A stretch of DNA of 64,000 nt from Oculina patagonica (lineage: Eukaryota): assembly GCF_052425735.1 (NCBI RefSeq), contig NC_135761.1:8370001-8434000 (forward strand), read 5' to 3'. The position numbers were made by a program, and so were the translations under genes. Positions 23,801 through 33,748 of this stretch are shown here, in pieces (the first letter of the stretch is position 1; every line of letters starts with the position of its first letter). The notes under the pieces are model-generated. The model did not search any database. It saw only the letters and a program-made list of their open reading frames with translations, and was not told where the DNA came from.

Positions 23801-26800
23801 GAAAAGGTGTTAAATTATGCAAACAAGGGGTTTTCCTTTTCAATTGCCAAAGTACTAATATATTAACTTAGCATAATTGTGCTAGCCACGTCAAAAAAAG
23901 TGTTAATAATGGTGTACCATAAGTGCCCAAACAAAAAGGAGCTCTGCTTTCTGCTAACCTGAAAAAATGCACTTTAAAATCACTTTGTTCTTTTTTGTTT
24001 ATATCTTGAAGCAGTGTTTATATTATTCCAAGAGAAGGCACAGGTGCAATACACAATTTACCAAGGAATACAGTCGCCTATTGGGTGCCGGACTTCAGAC
24101 CAACGATATAACCTATGATTGCTTTAGGAAACCTCTGGGAAATGGCTGTTATTTTAGAGTACATGCTGCACTTTTCTTGTACGACAAAACTGTTAAAAGG
24201 ATATTATCCAGGACTTTATTTTAACAAGAACTAGCTAAACGTGTGTTACATCACGTTGCATCGAAACCGAAATGAAGTAGAAAACACGACCAATCAGAGT
24301 CCAATGTTGTAACAGCGTAAATAATCATATTTCTAACAATAACTTGAATGGCTTAATAGAGTTTGAATGGTTATTAAATGCATTTTGCTCCGCATGTTAA
24401 GTAAAACACTTGTTAATATTATCAACCAGAGTCAATGGCTTCGGTGAGATCGCTCTCTCTTGAGCTTGCTACGAGGAGCAATGGACTTGTTTGGATTGAA
24501 ACAGTTCTGTTTGCTATCATCAATGTCGCCGCATTCGTTGGAAATCTCTCCGTTTGTTACGCCATGTACAGAAACCAGAGGCTTCGTACGCTTTCCAACA
24601 TGTTTGTTGTAGCGCTGGCTGTCAGCGATATTCTCATGTCCACCTGCTGTATGCCTTTTTCAGTCGCTACTCTAAATCACGGACAGTGGATTTTTGGTGA
24701 AAGTTTTTGTCGATTTCACGGATTTGGAGTGTTAACGTTTGGACTGGCTTCTCTTCACACCATGGGTATAATTGCAGTCAACCGATACTTCTGCGTCGTC
24801 AAACCAGAAAAGTACATCGTGTTCTTTAAAAAGCAGCGAACTTTGATGTATATTGCTGTGGTGTGGTGTGTAGCTTTAATCGGATCTTTACCTCCATTTT
24901 CCTTCGAACACGGTGGATTTGAATTCCAGCCAGGTAAGGCAATGTGTTTGTACACGTTCGATACCAATATCGCTTACACCGTATTTATTGAGTGCGTTTA
25001 CATCGCTACACCCTTAACAGTTATCACAATCTGCTACGCCAAGGTTTTCTACACAGTGTCGCGATCAAATAGAGTTTTCTCATACGAAAATAACCCACAG
25101 CTTCTCAGAGCTAACGTGGAAGAAGCAAAAGTGACCAAGACTTTAGCAGCAGTGATGGTTGGCTTTGCATGCTGTTGGCTTCCGGTTTGTGTCGTCGATT
25201 ACATTGACGCCGCGCGCGGGGAACCCTTGTTGCCGCGACAGGCGTACCTTACATACGGGTTCCTGGTTTACCTGAGTAGCACTATTAACCCCTTCATTTA
25301 TGGGGTAACGAATAGGCAGTTCAGGCGAGAATACAAGGCTATCTTTAGTGGCATGTTCTGTTTAAGATCTAGTCGTTGTACGCCGGGAACTCCGGAAGAT
25401 GTTTCTGGCAGTGAGAGTCAAAGAAAACCAGGGCAGCAAAGCAGAAACCTGGAACTTAGAACAAAAAATCTCGAAATGTCTTAGTATTCTTTAACACATC
25501 GCTTATTAGGTCGTATAGTGTGATCGTCCGGGTGAGAGTAGTTCTGAAAAGAACTGTTGTTGGTGACTGACGTTTCGACAACCTGAGCGGAAGTCATCTT
25601 CAGAGTCAAGTCTTGACTCTCAAGAAGACTTCCCCTGGCTCTGAAGATGACTTCCCTTGATTCTGAAGATGACTTCCCTTGGCTCTAAAGATGACTTCCC
25701 TTGATTCTGAAGATGACTTTCCTTGGCTCTGAAGATGACTTCCCTTGATTCTGAAGATGACTTTCCTTGGCTCTGAAGATGACTTCCCTTGATTCTGAAG
25801 ATGACTTTCCTTGGCTCTGAAGATGACTTCCCTTAGATGACTTTCCTTGGCTCTGAAGATGACTTCCCTTAGATGACTTTCCTTGACTCTGACGATGACT
25901 TCAGTTGACTCTGAAGATGACTTCCCTTGACTCTCAAGAAGACTTCACCCGGCTCTGAAGATGACTTCCCTTGATTCTGAAGATGACTTTCCTTGGCTCT
26001 GAAGATGACTTCCCTTAGATGACTTTCCTTGACTCTGACGATGACTTCACTTGACTCTGAAGATGACTTTCGCTTAGGTTGTCGAAACGTCAGTCACCAA
26101 CAATAGTTCTTCTCAGAACTACTCTCACTAGGACGATCACACTATACGACCCACTGATACTCCTGGGTTCAAACCATTTACTATACATCGCTTATTTTTA
26201 AGTGTTATAACTTATTCTGTGGATGAAACCCCGGGTGTGTCCATTTGAAACGAACCGGTTATGGTACGATTTATCACAGATCTTATCATATGTTATGGTA
26301 TCGTATAAAAGCTGAATTATTAAACGCAAATGAGTTCCGAAGGCTCCCCTTATCGGCATAACAGAAATAAGCCGAATGGTCTGCCAGCACCAAAAACACT
26401 AAATTCCGAAAAGGACATGAACGTGTTCTACACTGCCTGTCCAACCACCTCATTTAGGTCACCTTGTTCGTCAGACCCAGAAAATGCTTCATCGAAGTGA
26501 ATAATATTGATGTTCTTAGCCACCACTTGGTGACAAAGTTCAAAGACGCTCAGAAAAGTGAAAGAAACAAGTAAGCAGTCATTGTGATTACTGGGATGCT
26601 ATCTATCAATAGCTGAACAAAATCTACCCTGAAGATCGCGGCTGATGCAGCTATATGATGACCTTGTTTCCAAACATAGGAAGCCAAACGACGTGATGCA
26701 AATCACACCCGCAACAACGACAACCAAGGTGTTAATTCTTAAGAACACTTATTTCCTCAAAAACTGTGCACCGGAGTGGTATTGGTGTAGGAGTATGAGG

Positions 26801-28746
26801 AAACCAAACAAAACAAAATTGTTTGCAGAGAAGTACGTCTAGTAAGTTAATAACTGTTGATAACTTTACGGTTAAAAATAATAAAACCGTACATGTACAG
26901 ACTGCCAAAGTTTGTTACTTTCTTTGTGTTAGCAGGGGCAGCTGCTTTATTTACTGCTAAAATTTCTTCTTCTGCCAAGGTAGAAAACCGTGGGAGGCAG
27001 AGGGCGAGGGGCAAAGCCCCAAGTTAAATGTAACCTGCTATCAAAAGTCGATAGAATCCGAAAGCATAACCCAATGACAGACTATTAGACAAACTTGCAA
27101 TCTATGTGGCTACGCAAGGGTTGTCTAATTTTCGTTAGCATAACCACACTGACCTACTATTGGTAATCGCGCAATCTGATTGGCTATTGATCCGTAGAAG
27201 GCTCTCGGAGCGCACGCTTAGTCTTCGCTGAATTTTATCAATCAAACCTTCAATAAATCGACTCTAGCTATATTTGTGTTTAATAGATCGGTCAGTGGGT
27301 TATGCTAACACAATAAGACGGCTCGCTCTCGGTTTCTACCGGCTTTTGATAGTTGACTCGGGGCTTCGCCCCTCGCCAACTATCAGCCGATAGAAACCTC
27401 GAGCTCGCCGTCTAATTGTTAAATATACTGCCCTGAGAACGTGCGCAGGTAAAATTGCCAAAAACAACGAAAACTGTAAATAAACCTCTTCCACTGAACG
27501 TTTTGTTGAAGAGATCGGTCTTTGGTTCGTGCTAAAAAATTTATTCTTAAACCAACTGCAAACCTAAATTCCCAACATTGATCAACGTCTAAATTCTTCT
27601 TGTAACATCAATACATTATCAAGCAGACAGGTGATGGAGAACAAAGAGAACAAACGAAAACATCAACTAAACGATACCGAGCTGATGTTATACTAAATTC
27701 TCACAAATAAGTGAAAACCAATGTATGAAAACAGGTAAGGAGAATTTGTATTTCAATTTCAGGCTGAAAGCGGAATTAATTGAATTTGTACTGGTACCTG
27801 GCCTACAAGACAAAGAATAAAGTTACCAATCAAAATTTTCACTCACTGATTTAAATGAAATACTTCCACCGAGGTTATAATACCGGAGTTTTTTTAGCAG
27901 GTATTCACAGCTACTCCAAATTTAGGTCAGGTTCGCGTTTATATTCCTCTACGTATACTATTCTCCCACATTCGGAAATAGTACGGCGTGGCACATTCAA
28001 AATTAAAAGTCACAATATGTATCTGGCTGACATCTGAAAGCGGCAGTTTGTATTAAAATTTTTTGGGAAGGAAAGGGAAACAAGGTAAACTTTCAGTTAC
28101 TAAAATAAATGCTGACCTTAAACTGATACAACATGCCTTCCCTTTCTTTAGTTTGGTCCTGCTTTTATAAACAATTTTAATCAAGCTGGTAGTCATAAAC
28201 ATGCGCGGTGAATATGTACGTCGATTTTCAACGCGCTTAGTAGGTTGTTATTCAAATAAAATCACTGATTTACTCATCCAAAAAATCGATTAGGCCCTCC
28301 TGCAAGAAAAACATGAATCTGTTTTCCCGCTAATACAAAATAAAGAACCATATGCATTTAAAGAACGCGACCTGCAATTATATTTTCCCAAATGTTTTTA
28401 AACTTGGTGATAAACATCGGCTATACCACCGAAATGTGCTGTGTTGGCCTTTCATTGGTTGAACGCCGCTGTAGTTTTGATAACAAGTAGAGGGCCTATC
28501 TAACATATATAGTTATAAATTAAAACTCATAGTCAAAACACTAACCTTGACTCCATCCAGACGCACTAGATTTATTTCATCTCCTCTTGGTTCGTGACAA
28601 GTTTCTATAGGATCCGTACATAAGTTTAGCAGCTCGTCTTCATTAAAGCATGGCTTTGTAAATTTAATGGGTGTCTCTTCAGAATCTTCCGAACTACCAC
28701 AAGCAAGGAAGCAAAACAGAACTACGAGAAAACCTCGAACCTTCAT
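15705..28746 (-). CDS. P4HTM: Transmembrane prolyl 4-hydroxylase-like (P4H-TM) 2OG-Fe(II) dioxygenase with EF-hand; 11 coding exons, 441 aa
   Basis: Exons 28746-28546, 23228-23147, 22807-22670, 21405-21314, 21192-21131, 20693-20656, 20473-20308, 19155-19098, 18807-18686, 17234-17144, 15980-15705; all GT-AG, phases consistent, total 1326 nt. Motifs KPLLFEIPRFLSDEECEHVI, EF-hand DVNNDGFIDANE, HxD in GHYHGHLDS, RFVTILYYLNDVEEGGETAF, SLHGGCDVINGEKWIANNW. Confidence 0.92.
16154..16648. mobile_element. PIF/Harbinger-type MITE
   Basis: TTA on both sides, TIR AGGTCTCC(GCACACGTGGGGACAAG), internal GGGACATGT inverted repeats. Confidence 0.7.
17781..17822 (-). ncRNA. Minimal type I hammerhead ribozyme
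   Basis: Minus strand UUUCCA-CUGAAGA-A-GGGGC(AGUA)GCCCC-GAAA-CG-UA-UGGAAA: perfect stem I (6 bp) and stem II (5 bp), intact core, minimal palindromic stem III, GUA cleavage triplet. Confidence 0.85.
17843..18378. mobile_element. P-element-like foldback MITE with ~220-bp TIRs
   Basis: Near-perfect inverted repeats 17843-18061 / 18159-18378, CACAGG termini, 7-bp TSD CTTCAGA. Confidence 0.85.
18437..18634. mobile_element. MITE related to the 630-708 element
   Basis: TIR TAATCTCGTTTCCAGAGTC versus CAATCGCGTCCCCAGAGTC (reverse complement of right end); TSD CTTGTGCCG / CTGGTGCCG (8 of 9 match). Confidence 0.7.
19640..19959. mobile_element. MITE copy A inserted at the P4HTM intron 7 splice donor
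   Basis: TIR CAYACAGCGGTCAAACGCA; TSD TGGTCTTAC at 19631-19639 and 19960-19968. Confidence 0.85.
19970..20299. mobile_element. MITE copy B, same family in opposite orientation, at the same splice donor
   Basis: Reverse-complement homologue of copy A; TSD GGTCTTACC at 19961-19969 and 20300-20308. Confidence 0.85.
20833..20879. repeat. (ATG)n microsatellite
   Basis: About 15 tandem ATG units in P4HTM intron 5. Confidence 0.9.
21544..22204. mobile_element. Kolobok-like non-autonomous DNA transposon
   Basis: TTAA-GGCATGGG ... CCCATGCC-TTAA; subterminal inverted motifs AAAGTGAGGGGGT and TATGCAAATTAGGTCACGTGAC. Confidence 0.7.
24435..25484 (+). CDS. Intronless class A GPCR, melatonin-receptor-like, nested antisense in P4HTM intron 1
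   Basis: 349-aa ORF with 7 hydrophobic segments; GN, LAVSD, NRY (melatonin-receptor-type variant of DRY), CWLP, NPFIY. Confidence 0.9.
   Translation: MASVRSLSLELATRSNGLVWIETVLFAIINVAAFVGNLSVCYAMYRNQRLRTLSNMFVVALAVSDILMSTCCMPFSVATLNHGQWIFGESFCRFHGFGVLTFGLASLHTMGIIAVNRYFCVVKPEKYIVFFKKQRTLMYIAVVWCVALIGSLPPFSFEHGGFEFQPGKAMCLYTFDTNIAYTVFIECVYIATPLTVITICYAKVFYTVSRSNRVFSYENNPQLLRANVEEAKVTKTLAAVMVGFACCWLPVCVVDYIDAARGEPLLPRQAYLTYGFLVYLSSTINPFIYGVTNRQFRREYKAIFSGMFCLRSSRCTPGTPEDVSGSESQRKPGQQSRNLELRTKNLEMS
25564..25608 (-). ncRNA. Minimal type I hammerhead ribozyme
   Basis: UGACU-CUGAAGA-U-GAC...GUC-GAAA-CG-UC-AGUCA on the minus strand. Confidence 0.8.
25613..26050 (+). repeat. 22-bp tandem repeat (21 units, three shortened to 14 bp) equal to the 5' half of the hammerhead
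   Basis: Unit TTGRYTCTGAAGATGACTTYCC with alternating TTGGCT/TTGATT variants. Confidence 0.9.
26052..26096 (+). ncRNA. Minimal type I hammerhead ribozyme
   Basis: UGACU-CUGAAGA-U-GAC...GUC-GAAA-CG-UC-AGUCA on the plus strand. Confidence 0.8.
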
Positions 28747-29648
28747 ACTTTCCTTTCTGAAAGGTTCATTTACTATAGTTTTAATTCAGTTACAGCTACA
28801 TGGCTTTGGCTTAAAGGGTTTAATAATTTATTTTCTCGATTTAGGACAAGCAAAAAGCGTTTTGTCTAAGTCTTGTAAAGCATGTGGCTATATTGTTAGA
28901 GATGACCGCGGGTTAATCAGATCGCTTGCTCATGTAGCGGGTGTAACTGAAATTCGTCTTACTTCGTGCGAATTTGCACGTTTAAACTGTAGTGATTTTT
29001 ACTCCTCGAACAGACCTCTTTGACTTCGTTTGTTTCTTGTCCCATGTCAGACCATGTGATGTTATCCTTGAGAATTCTTTTTTTTCAAATTCAAACATAT
29101 CTAAGTGAAATTGCATGAAAATACTTTTTAAACAGACAAAGGAAAAATTCTCTAGAGAGCATCACATGACCTGAAATGGGCAATTTTCATACAAAGCTAC
29201 AGAGGGTCTTCCGTCGCCTAGGCCGACGCCATATCGACGTTCCCAAAAGATAGAAATGTTTGCCCTCAAATATAAGTTTTAGTTACCAACCGTGACGATG
29301 AACAGTTTTCCGCACACTACTTCGTATCAGTCCGCTCCGTTCGATTCTAAGAGATGAGGAATTGGATGAATACTAGCACTTTTGAAAAGGGGCGGCTAAC
29401 GGCTAACGGCTAACGTTTTCACACCCCTCCTTTACACATATCCCGTTTAATGACATAGTCCCCAAGTAAAATGCTGATACTGGTTTAACGCGCTACATGC
29501 AGTTTACGCTACGTAGATTTTGCTATCATTTTGAGTCGAAAGCAATGTCGGTTATAATTTAATAGTCGGCTCGACTAAGTCCACCATGCGTTCAGACTAA
29601 AACCCAATTTAGGTGTGACAGCAACAGTATGTCTAGAAACTGCAAAAT

Positions 29649-29885
29649 AAGACTGCTCATAGTCCACTATTTTCCGTGAAGTCAGAGAGATCGATCGTTG
29701 CGTTCGACGGGTCGCCATCTATGTTCCTGAACGCGAGCGAAAACTGGGGTGAGTGCAAAAGGCCCGTGGGAAGGATGCAGGTTCCCCAGTTTTCGCTCGC
29801 ATTCATGAACCAAGATGGCAGCCCTTCGAACTCAACGATCGATCTCTTTGTCTTTACGGAAAAATAGGGAACTGTGAACAGACTA
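29649..29885. mobile_element. Palindromic MITE with 9-bp TSD (TAG-type termini)
   Basis: Long imperfect inverted arms; CTGCAAAAT at 29640-29648 and 29886-29894. Confidence 0.7.
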
Positions 29886-30380
29886 CTGCAAAATAAAGAC
29901 CCAACTGCAACACGGAAAAGAATAACTTTATTTCTCTTTTTTTCGCGTCTGAACCTTTCTTTCGGGGAGCTTACGCAGAAGTTACTGTTTAAAAGCTCTG
30001 TGATTTGATTATAATAATTGATAATAATAAGTAACCTTTATTTTAGAGTCATTATATTTAGCTTTACAACTTATTAAGAACACGAACAAAAATGTACATA
30101 ACATTGATGATAAAATCTATATAAAAAGAATAAAAAAACTAAGTAGCATTTACATTTTAAAATCTCATTTATGTTTCATGGGCCAGCAGTAACTACCAAC
30201 AGATCAAGGATTAGACAAGTGTGTTCACTGGCTCAATCTCTCTATTTAACAAATTCAAAATGGAGAGTATGTTTCAATAATATCTTACCGTATATTACAG
30301 ATCTACTATACACATTCGGGTCCGCCAACACGGTGAGTTACACTGAGTGAGTTATCATGTGAGTTAACGATGGTGTGAGT

Positions 30381-30590
30381 TGCCAAATCTTGAATTTTCA
30401 ATATTTGTCCTGCCAAATCTTGAAAATTCAACATTTGGCCTGCCAAATATTGAAAATTCAACATTTGGCCTGCCAAATATTGAAAATTCAAGATTTGGCA
30501 GGCCAAATCTTGAAAATTCAACATTCGACCTGCCAAATCTTGAAAATTCAACATTTGGCCTGCCAAATATTGAAAATTCAAGATTTGGCT
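30381..30590. repeat. 30-bp palindromic minisatellite, about 7 units
   Basis: Unit TGCCAAATMTTGAAAATTCAASATTTGGCC. Confidence 0.9.
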
Positions 30591-31862
30591 GGTGAAGTTT
30601 CCTTCTGACACGTTGTTCTGCACGTGGTAATCCTTGTCCGAGAATACACTGTGTTATTTTGGATTTTTCGACATGGCTAAAGAAAACTTTTCTTATGCTC
30701 AGGCACTTAAATGTAACCTTGGTGGCTTTGCAGGTAAGTAACACTGTTTCTGTATTAATATTTGTATTGGCTCGATAGTATTTGAAGGAAGCAAATGTTT
30801 ATCTCCCCATTCTAGCTCGTGACGGAAAATCGAGCAGTTTTACCAGAGCACCGGCGATAAAGATATTGTATGAGAATAGTATCCCAGGCATGTACCGGTA
30901 ACTATGTCGCAGGTAGGTCGGTGGCAAATGAAAACCAGACTTAAAGGGACTATGTCACGGATATTTCGCAGATTTTTGGTCTAAACTGTTCTGAAATTAG
31001 GGGAAGGCAACTTAGCCCATAAAAAAACAGTATCATTGAACATCCAAAGAGAGACATAACCTTAATTTGCGGATAGAAATCAAGCTACGGCTAGAAATAT
31101 CGATTTTTTGAAGACACGCGGAAACAATTTGAAAATGTTAGCCTTACGTTTTCAAATTGCAATTCGTTTTCATCCGAGCCATTCACAGTCAAGGATGCTA
31201 GTTAACAGATTCAGTGCTCTAATAAAGCAATTTTTAAGAAAAATGGACTATGAAAAGACTCGGCCAGGAATACAAAATGTATGTGTCATGGAGCTACAAA
31301 GAAACAAAGATGCAAGGGAAAACACACCGAAATCACAGGTGGCCCAGTCTTTGTAATCGATTTTGGCGATAACGTTACATTTTAAGCCCATTTTAAGACA
31401 ATGAATGAGAATGCTTTGAACCCGGGGCTTTGAAAGCTGCTCTAAATAGTGCTACCTCAGAAAGAAAAACTCGTCTAAATGGTTTTAAACCCACTCCAGA
31501 AGCACAGAAATGTCAACATAACGCAAGACAATACAAGGTACTACATGAGCAATTTTCAAAGCATTCTCATACATGTACATTATCTTATCGGTAGAAAACG
31601 TAACGCAATCGCCAAAATCGCATACGATGCATGGTCCGCCTGTGCCGAAAACAGCACAGTAAGATAATTATTACATACCTCAGACCTCTGTTCCATATTG
31701 CTTGATTAACCTTGATCTTGACAATTTCGCCAATTCAAAAATAAACGCAGTAAAAGCCTCGCAAAGCACCGACAACGATTGAGACAGTCGCGACTAATGC
31801 TATGTTGCGAAATTAAGAATTTTTGAGACGTACGACTGCCGAGTGACGCAATGTCACGCGAT

Positions 31863-32161
31863 CGCCAAATCTTGAAAATTCAAGATTTGGCAGGACAAAT
31901 CTTGAAAATTCAAGATTTGGCTGGACAAATCTTGAAAATTCAAGATTTGGCTGGACAAATATTGAATTTTCAAGATTTGGCTGGACAAATCTTGAATTTT
32001 CAAGATTTGGCAGGACAAATCTTGAAAATTCAAGATTTGGCTGGACAAATATTGAATTTTCAAGATTTGGCTGGACAAATATTGAATTTTCAAGATTTGG
32101 CAGGACAAATCTTGAAAATTCAAGATTTGGCTGGACGAATCTTGAAAATTCAATATTTGGC
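31863..32161. repeat. 30-bp palindromic minisatellite, about 10 units
   Basis: Unit GACAAATCTTGAAAATTCAAGATTTGGCWG. Confidence 0.9.
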
Positions 32162-32857
32162 AACTCACCACTGTTTAACTCACTGACTTAACTCACCACT
32201 GATAACTCGCCCTGTTACCAAACCCACACATTCAGTTTCACTAGATTGTTCGAGGCAATATAATTAGAAAGTTAATTTGACTTTTGAGCAAGGTCACTAC
32301 ACGCATAAATGATAAAATCAACTCACATTCTGCCAATTTTCGCTGCTGTTATTCTAATAAAAAGGGATGTACATCCTTCGATATCAATGACAGTTGAATA
32401 ACCTAGTATATTGTTCAGCCAATCTCGTACCTTGAATCCTAACTCTTTGTATGCTTTTCTAATGTGCAATGTTTTCAAGGATTGTCATGAAAATAAACGG
32501 CCACACCTTTGGATAACAGATGCCAAAATAGGAATGTTGTTTTTTTGAGGTGAAAAAAAATAGATAGTCCTGGTCACAACTGATCGACGACAGCTGACCA
32601 ATCACTGTTTCCGAACTTTAGGCAAGTCTAATATCCAACACGTCAAGGCGAAATTAATTGACCAATCAGAGATCGACATCATCCACTGACAAACGACTTT
32701 ACAGTTGACTCTGATGATAACTTTTGCTAAAGTTGCTAAGTTCAACAGTTCTTTTCAGGAGCTCAACCGGACGATCACGCTACACTTATTACTGATACTC
32801 CCGGAATCAGATCTTTACTGCAAAAGCTCGACTTTTTTAAGTAGTCTTCGCCCGAGC

Positions 32858-33748
32858 TCAGGTTAGCCTTAGTGTATTCTTAACCGCTCGTCGTATTTCT
32901 CCAATTCTCCAGCAATACACAAGTGGATTTAGAAAGGAGTTAATAAAAGCAACAGTTCCCACGTAGTCATAGGCGATTTTTACTTCTAATGTGTACCCGA
33001 TGAATGAGTTCACAAGCATTGTCACACAAAAAGGTAGATAGAAAATCAAAAACAGACCGAAAACATAAAGTACCGTCACAGCAGATTTTCTACACTTGAG
33101 CACGTTTACCGTGTTGATTTGAACGCTCTGCTGTTGTTGACTTATCTGGCGCCGATGTCTGCGAACGATCTGAAATATTTTCAGGTTGCTCAGAGCTGTA
33201 ATAAGAAATGTTAGAAGCAAAATTACAACTGGAATGATTATCCAGTTTCTCAAACAAAACCTCAGCATAACGGCTGTTATAGCAAAGATCCAGAGGCAAA
33301 CAGTGATTTGAAACACGCGAGGAACGGTGACAATCGTGGTGTATCGTAAATGCAGGGTTAAAGCGAGAAGTCGATCGATGAAGACTACGCTTAAAGTTAA
33401 CATAGACACGCCAGACGTTATCCAGCCTGATATGGTCTGAATCATCCTCAAGGCACAGTACACGCTAAAGTCGTTCCCAAGTTCAGCAATCTTGTACGCC
33501 ACGAAAAATGGCTGACAAATCAGTCCAACGAGGAGATCTGAAGCTGCGAGGCAAAACAAAAGGATGAAAGCCGGCGAATGAAGTTCTCGCGTTTTCTGAA
33601 TGACGTGTAGAATGAGAAAATTCCCCATACATGTGACGATAGAAAATATTGAATTGACAACACATGTTACAACGTTAGCCGTTTGCGTCGCTCCCGTTTG
33701 GTCTAAGTTGATGTCTAAAAAGGAACAAGTTAGATGGGTTTTGTTCAT
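32858..33748 (-). CDS. Class A GPCR, melanocortin/adenosine-receptor-like (copy 1, DRL motif)
   Basis: Intronless ORF; conserved start MNKTH at 33748 (in-frame upstream ATG at 33814). GN, LAASD, DRL, FYLP, NPLVY. Confidence 0.88.
   Translation of the reverse strand: MNKTHLTCSFLDINLDQTGATQTANVVTCVVNSIFSIVTCMGNFLILHVIQKTRELHSPAFILLFCLAASDLLVGLICQPFFVAYKIAELGNDFSVYCALRMIQTISGWITSGVSMLTLSVVFIDRLLALTLHLRYTTIVTVPRVFQITVCLWIFAITAVMLRFCLRNWIIIPVVILLLTFLITALSNLKIFQIVRRHRRQISQQQQSVQINTVNVLKCRKSAVTVLYVFGLFLIFYLPFCVTMLVNSFIGYTLEVKIAYDYVGTVAFINSFLNPLVYCWRIGEIRRAVKNTLRLT

Larger units (their letters stand above)
25508..26184. mobile_element. Penelope-like pseudo-LTR element: inverted arms, 33-nt tail, internal 22-bp tandem array
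   Basis: 12-bp TSD ACATCGCTTATT at 25496-25507 and 26185-26196; arms 25508-25610 and 26050-26151; tail 26152-26184. Confidence 0.85.
30318..32225. mobile_element. 1.9-kb foldback-type non-autonomous DNA transposon (MULE/Rehavkus- or Merlin-like) with subterminal minisatellites
   Basis: GGG...CCC termini, 8-bp TSD ACACATTC at 30310-30317 and 32226-32233, inverted GTGAGTTA repeats, 30-bp arrays at both ends. Confidence 0.8.

Noticed and set aside
25613-26050. CRISPR-like array
   Set aside because: Units are directly adjacent with no spacers and derive from the hammerhead 5' half.
30306-32186. ORFs with QILNFQDLAG / PNLEFSRF decapeptide repeats, and a possible CRISPR-like array
   Set aside because: Products of a 30-bp palindromic minisatellite inside a transposon; no unique spacers and no cas genes in a eukaryotic context.
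32705-32820. Additional hammerhead (TGACTCTGATGA...)
   Set aside because: Decayed relative of the 26052 pseudo-LTR; the GAAA and cleavage-site half is missing.
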